Shown here piece after piece: positions 59,258 through 64,000 of a stretch of 64,000 nt of DNA (positions are counted from its first letter, which is position 1; each line of letters starts with the position of its first letter). The stretch spans positions 1,728,001 to 1,792,000 of the forward strand of contig OZ242260.1 of NCBI GenBank assembly GCA_965207065.1. Direction: 5' to 3'. The position numbers were made by a program, and so were the translations under genes. The stretch comes from a bacterium (GTDB lineage Bacteria; UBA8248). Below the pieces are notes generated by a model. It worked only from the letters and a program-made list of their open reading frames with translations. It had not been told where the DNA came from and did not search any database.

Positions 59258-60280
59258 TTATTTGAGAAGCGCGTCGAGGAAATGTCCGAGCGAAGCTTGG
59301 AGAGGCCCGAAATCCCTCCTCTTTTCGAAATGCGCCCGCACCATCCTGGCGGTATGCGGAATGCTCGCCAGATAGCGCTCCGCTCCGCGCACCGCCTTTT
59401 GATAGGCGAAAGTGCCGATGGCCTTCAGGTTTCTCTGTATGGCGGTAGCCCGCAGGGCGCGTTCGTATTCTTCTTTATCCGAGAAGAGGCGGTGGCCGCA
59501 AGTCTCCCAGTAGCGGGCGGTGAGGTATTCCCGCGCCGAATCTCCCAGGTCGACGTAGCTGTCGAAGGCCAAAGACACCAGATCGTAAGTGGCGGGCCCC
59601 ATGCGCGCGTCCTGAAAATCGATGGCGATCACCGCCTCATCCAGGACCATCAGGTTCCTGCTGTGGTAGTCACGGTGCGTAAGGCGAAAGGGAATCCGGC
59701 AGATCTCTTCGCACAGTTTCCGGAACGCCGCATTAAGAATACGCTCATCCGTTTCCATCCCCAGGAGGCTCTCGAAAGCGTATTTGCGCGTGTGGTGAAG
59801 CTCGTTCGTGAAAAATTGAGCGTCGAATCGCCGCGTGAGCGCAATCCTCTCGCCAGCGGGCGCGCTCGGAGCCTCCTGCATGGCGGCCATCATGTCCATG
59901 GCGGCGTCGTAATGCGGCCCCGCTTCCTCCCATCCGCCGCCCCGCCATGTGTCTTCGAGCGATTCATCGCCGCAGTCTTCCAGCAGAATGACGCCCGCCT
60001 CCTCATCCACCGCGTAAATTTCTGGAACTCTGACGCCGATTTCCTTCAAATGCGCCTGCACGTCAATGAAGGGAAGGGTCTCTTTTACAAACGGCTCCGG
60101 CATAACCATGCCGATAGAACTCGGTCTCGCGCCATCTGCATGGGTGAGCCGGGCGTAGTCGCGCGTCGAGGCGTCACCCGCAAGGGGCGTGAGAGAAGAC
60201 ACGACGCCGCCGAAATGCGCACGCGCCAGGGTTTTCAGGCGCTCATGGGCTCGTGTCTGCTCCGCGAGGCTCGCCTTCAT
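59258..60280 (-). CDS. APH-family phosphotransferase, AmgK-like (anomeric MurNAc/GlcNAc kinase)
   Basis: LAGDASTR.Y.R, HRDYHSRNLM, IDFQDARMGP..YDLVSL, QRNLKAIG.F; ATGA overlap with the upstream gene. Confidence 0.85.
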   Translation of the reverse strand: MKASLAEQTRAHERLKTLARAHFGGVVSSLTPLAGDASTRDYARLTHADGARPSSIGMVMPEPFVKETLPFIDVQAHLKEIGVRVPEIYAVDEEAGVILLEDCGDESLEDTWRGGGWEEAGPHYDAAMDMMAAMQEAPSAPAGERIALTRRFDAQFFTNELHHTRKYAFESLLGMETDERILNAAFRKLCEEICRIPFRLTHRDYHSRNLMVLDEAVIAIDFQDARMGPATYDLVSLAFDSYVDLGDSAREYLTARYWETCGHRLFSDKEEYERALRATAIQRNLKAIGTFAYQKAVRGAERYLASIPHTARMVRAHFEKRRDFGPLQASLGHFLDALLK

Positions 60281-61128
60281 GCGGGACTCGACTTGATCTG
60301 TGAGGCGAGGGACTTCATGGCGCGCGCTGCGTCTGCGAGCGTATTGGCGTAAGGTTCCTCTTTTCTTCTGAGTTCGAGCACGAGGGTTCCCGAATAGCGG
60401 TGGGCGTCGAGCGTCGTGAAGAAAGAGGGCCACTCGAACGCGCCCTCGCCGGGGATAAGATGCGCGTCGTTTCGCCCGTCGTTGTCGTGCAGGTGCGTAG
60501 CGGCGCAAAGGGGCGCCAGCCGCTCGACCCCGCTTCGCGTGTTTTCTCCCTCGGTGATGAGGGCGTGGCCGGTGTCGATGCAGATATTGAGTCTCGGATG
60601 ATCGATGCGTTCGACGAACGCCGCGAGAGGCTCCGCGCGGCCCAGGGCGGAGGGTATGTTCTCGAGTGTCAAAACCGCGTCGGTTTCCTCGGCCACGGGC
60701 AGGAGCCGCTCGATGCTATCTTCCAGCGCCTCGTAGGTATCCCCATCTCCCGCCTTGCCCGGCGCGCTCGGATGGATGACGACGATGCGCGCGCCCAGGG
60801 GGCGGAATGCGCGAAGAGCCTGAATCGTTTTCTCGATGGCCGCCTCCCGCGCATCCTTATCGGCCGCGGCGAGGGAGAGCCAGCGCCCCGCTCTCGCCTC
60901 GCTCAGATCGGCGTAAAAAGGCGCATGGAAAGAAGGCGCTTCGAGAGAGAGGTCCGCCAGCCAGTCTTGGAGGGTTTTGAGCTTCGCGATATCGCTCACG
61001 TCGAAATGGGGCGTCATCGCCCACAACTCGATTTTCCGGAAACCGGCGTCGGCCGCCTCTTTCAGGTGTTCGAAGCGGAGTGGCTCATAGGCGAACAGAT
61101 GCGCCGAGAGGGCGTAGTCGAGTCTCAA
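60277..61128 (-). CDS. Sugar phosphate isomerase/epimerase (xylose-isomerase-like TIM barrel)
   Basis: SFHAPF, LENI, DTGHA, HLHDNDG..D.HL.PGEG, LEL. Confidence 0.85.
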   Translation of the reverse strand: MRLDYALSAHLFAYEPLRFEHLKEAADAGFRKIELWAMTPHFDVSDIAKLKTLQDWLADLSLEAPSFHAPFYADLSEARAGRWLSLAAADKDAREAAIEKTIQALRAFRPLGARIVVIHPSAPGKAGDGDTYEALEDSIERLLPVAEETDAVLTLENIPSALGRAEPLAAFVERIDHPRLNICIDTGHALITEGENTRSGVERLAPLCAATHLHDNDGRNDAHLIPGEGAFEWPSFFTTLDAHRYSGTLVLELRRKEEPYANTLADAARAMKSLASQIKSSPA

Positions 61129-61456
61129 AACCTCATCCTTGGTGAGCGGGGGTCGTAGCGCGCGCTTGATGGGGGGCGATTATACGCTCTTCAAGATGAG
61201 AGCGGCAACGCGGGGCCGGATGCGGGGTTGTTAATAAAGTTATCCTCATGGGTGAACTACCTGTGGCGCATTCAACGCCCTTTCCCGTACTCTTCATCAC
61301 GAGTAGGCGCGCTTGCACGCCGTATCGAGGGAGCGCCTCTTCGACAGGCAAATGTCAGGCTCCTTCGATACGCCGCCTTCGGCGGCTACTCAGGATGAGG
61401 CAGATATGTGGGTATGCAAGACGAAGATTTGACGCGACAGATGAAAGAGCAAGAAT

Positions 61457-61646
61457 CACTCCCCCCTTGAGGGGGAGTCGATGAAGCCGAGCGGTTTATG
61501 CGAAGGCTGAATCGGTGGGGGGAGCTTTTGGGTGGCATATCCCCCCACCGATTCGCTTGCGGGCTTACGCCCTTACCTCATCGACTCCCCCTCAAGGGGG
61601 GAGTGAAATTCAGCGCGCTCCTTCTGTGGACTTTTTCAACAACCCC
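61457..61646. mobile_element. Family A palindromic core with one MITE-type end
   Basis: Core 61457-61605; GACTTTTTCAACAACCCC at 61629-61646. Confidence 0.65.
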
Positions 61647-61818
61647 CCTCAAGGGGAGAGTGATTCTTCCTCCTTCATCAGCACCCAGTGGCCCCCAAGA
61701 GGGGAGAACCAATTCATAAGCGCATGCAGGTTGAGAAATTCATTCCCTGTGTTTTGGGGTGACTTCTTCAACAAACCCATGCGCGCGGCTCACAAGACGA
61801 AAAATCGCCTCACACCTG

Positions 61819-61864
61819 TTGACAAAGGGGCGTGCGGGCTGGTAGTGGTCATACCATCTGACCA
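61819..61864 (+). promoter_or_regulatory. Promoter with FadR/GntR-type operator
   Basis: TTGACA at 61819; TGGTCATACCA (61846-61856) nested in TGGTCA...TGACCA (61846-61864), matching the TGGT-N3-ACCA FadR-subfamily box. Confidence 0.7.
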
Positions 61865-61954
61865 GGACTTCCGGTCTCGTACAAAAAAAATGACAGTCCC
61901 AGCGTGGTTTTCCCTCATCGCTCGGGATGGTTTGCGTCACCAGGAGGCGGTTTC

Positions 61955-62686
61955 TTGCTTAAGCCGGTGAGAAAAACGAGGCTTTACGAAGACGTGGTGG
62001 AGCAGATTCAGCAGCTCATCCGCAAGCGAAAGCTCACGCCCGGAGACAGGCTGCCGTCTGAGCGTGAACTCGCGGCGACGCTCGGAATCGGCAGGCCTTC
62101 GGTGCGCGAAGCCCTGCGCGCGCTCGACACCACGGGCCTGATCGAAGTCAGAAGCGGCCAGGGCGCATATCTCCGCAACCTCACGGTCGACCCCTATCTC
62201 GCCACGGTGCGCGAGAGCCTGGCGTTTCTTCTCGACGTGAAGGAAGACACCCTGCTCGAACTCTGGGAGGTGCGGCAGGGGCTGGAAGAACAGATTGCGC
62301 GCCTCACGGCCGAGCGCAGAACCGGAGAGCAGATAGAGCGCCTGCGCGGCCACACCGAGGAGATGCGAAAGCGCATCGACAAGCCCGAAGCCTTCGTGCG
62401 CGCGGGCGTGGCCTGGCACCGCGCGCTTTGCGAAGCGGCGGAAAACGCCGTTTTGCGGACGGTGTGGGAGGCTATCGCGGGTCTCATCGAAAAGAGCCAG
62501 CGCCGGATCATCGGAACCCCCGGCCAGCCGGACGAGGCGCTGCGCCAGCACGAGAAGCTACTTGCGGCGGTCGAAGCGGGCGATCCGGAAGAAGCCGCGC
62601 TCGCCATGCGCGAGCACATGGCGGCCGAGGGCGCGCGGCTCAAAGAGGCGCTGGCCGTATCGCGAAACGGAGCAATGCGCGTCTGA
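61955..62686 (+). CDS. GntR/FadR family transcriptional regulator
   Basis: PGDRLPSERELA..LGIGRPSVREAL..L, G.GAY, FCD domain; TTG start after AGGAGG. Confidence 0.93.
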   Translation: MLKPVRKTRLYEDVVEQIQQLIRKRKLTPGDRLPSERELAATLGIGRPSVREALRALDTTGLIEVRSGQGAYLRNLTVDPYLATVRESLAFLLDVKEDTLLELWEVRQGLEEQIARLTAERRTGEQIERLRGHTEEMRKRIDKPEAFVRAGVAWHRALCEAAENAVLRTVWEAIAGLIEKSQRRIIGTPGQPDEALRQHEKLLAAVEAGDPEEAALAMREHMAAEGARLKEALAVSRNGAMRV

Positions 62687-62772
62687 GAAAGAGCGGGCGC
62701 GTTTTTTTGTTGGGCTATTTTGACCTCATTTTTTGAACGCTTCACACCCATTTCCGTATAGGAGGAATCTTG

Positions 62773-64000
62773 ATGGTGGAAATGAGCAAACAAGGCATGC
62801 CGATGGACTTTCTGCAGAAAGAGCACTACCAGTCCCCCCGGCGCGTCTTCAGCCAGACGGGCAGCGATTGGCAGCGCCGCGTGGACTTCGAGCAGATGCG
62901 CAAGGACAGGCTCGCCCGCGCCAAGGCGATGATGGAGAAGCACGACATGGACGCCATCATCATGTACAAGGGCGAGAACATCCGCTACACCGCGTCGGTC
63001 TTCCAGGGCAACTGGAAGAACAACATCTTCATCCGCTACGCCGTGCTCTGCCGCGGCGCGGAAACGCCCGTTCTCTTCGAGACCGCCGGATCGGACTACG
63101 AGTGCGCACGGATCGACGCGCCTTGGCTCGAGGGCAACATCCGTCCCGCCATCACCTGGAAGTGGTCCGAGACCGCCGAGCAGATGATGGTGAACCGCAT
63201 GGCGGATTCGGTCATCGACGTTCTCAAGGAGAACAACATCCCGCTGAACGGGCGGATCGGCATCGACATCATGGACATGCAGGCCTACAGCGCCTTCACC
63301 GAGAAGGGCGTGAACCTGGTGAACGCGTGGCCGGCGATGAGCGAGGCGCGCGTCATCAAGACGCCCGAGGAGATCGAGTGTCTCAAGATCAGCTCGACCA
63401 TCGGCGACACCTGCATGTGGAAGATCAGGAACGAATGGCTCAAGCCCGGCATCCGCGAGTGCGACCTCACCGCGTGGGTCAACAATCTGCTCTATGAAGA
63501 GGGCTTCGACTTCGTCTACGACATCATCGTCGCCTCGGGCGGAAACACGAGCCCCTACCGCCGCTGGCACACCGACAAGATGATCCGGGACGGAGACCTC
63601 GTCGTCGTCGACATCAACGCCATCGGCCCCGGCGGCTACTTCGTCGACTACGTGCGCTGCTTCAAGTGCGGCGGCGGCTGGACGAAGAAGGAAAAAGAGC
63701 TCTACAGGGAGGTCTACGACACGATGTACGCGGGCATGAGCCAGCTCGTGCCGGGCAAGACCTCCAAGGACGTGGCCGAGCAGTTCCCCGTCTACGCCGA
63801 TGACAAGTACGGCACGGTGACGCTCCAGCAGTTCGCGCACTCCATCGGCCTGGACTTGTATGAGGGCATGTGGATCAGCCGGGCATACAGCCTCGATTAT
63901 CCGGTGGAAATCAAGGAGAACATGTACTTCGCCATCGAGACGTTCGCAGGACACCCGGGGCTGCCCCAGACGGTGCGCCTGGAAGAGAACGTCCTCGTCG
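62773..64000 (+). CDS. M24 family (Xaa-Pro) peptidase, truncated by the window end
   Basis: Not in the ORF track; reads MVEMSKQ...ENIRY...ARVIKTPEEIE...KPGIRE...GDLVVVD...GYFVDYVR...HSIGLDLYE...FAIET...VRLEENVLV; GGAGG RBS. Confidence 0.92.
   Translation, partial: MVEMSKQGMPMDFLQKEHYQSPRRVFSQTGSDWQRRVDFEQMRKDRLARAKAMMEKHDMDAIIMYKGENIRYTASVFQGNWKNNIFIRYAVLCRGAETPVLFETAGSDYECARIDAPWLEGNIRPAITWKWSETAEQMMVNRMADSVIDVLKENNIPLNGRIGIDIMDMQAYSAFTEKGVNLVNAWPAMSEARVIKTPEEIECLKISSTIGDTCMWKIRNEWLKPGIRECDLTAWVNNLLYEEGFDFVYDIIVASGGNTSPYRRWHTDKMIRDGDLVVVDINAIGPGGYFVDYVRCFKCGGGWTKKEKELYREVYDTMYAGMSQLVPGKTSKDVAEQFPVYADDKYGTVTLQQFAHSIGLDLYEGMWISRAYSLDYPVEIKENMYFAIETFAGHPGLPQTVRLEENVLV

Overview
A GC-rich bacterial chromosomal window of mostly metabolic and housekeeping genes: triple RidA, GNATs, SCO, ChdC/HemQ, selA/selB, CoA-transferase, arfB, amidase, ppk2, an Ala/Gly symporter, YchF, a NagZ/AmgK/MshA-like operon, a FadR regulator and an M24 peptidase. 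Intergenic DNA is crowded with several REP/MITE-like palindromic repeat families, and there are several gene remnants. The standout region is 3.5-16.3 kb. It holds a tandem array of 8 paralogous ~160-aa exported proteins plus one collapsed remnant. They share a twin-arginine-like signal peptide, two invariant Cys and an FN3/Ig-like strand pattern, with hypervariable loops and mosaic ancestry. The array lies directly upstream of, and co-oriented with, a TolC and an unusual PAS-domain-fused periplasmic adaptor; these converge on a MacB-type ABC ATPase/permease pair. A TbpB-like surface lipoprotein heads the locus. I propose (inference) a diversified 'natural monobody' repertoire with a dedicated, possibly signal-gated MacAB-TolC-type exporter. 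Other notable items are an AT-richer SF1 helicase-nuclease giant (candidate defence gene) next to an orphan antitoxin, an AT-richer selenocysteine block, a DUF35 protein with a histone-H1-like tail, and a possible mycothiol-like glycoside operon. I found no rRNA, tRNA, CRISPR array, reverse transcriptase or intact transposase. All family calls come from motif recognition by eye, not database searches.
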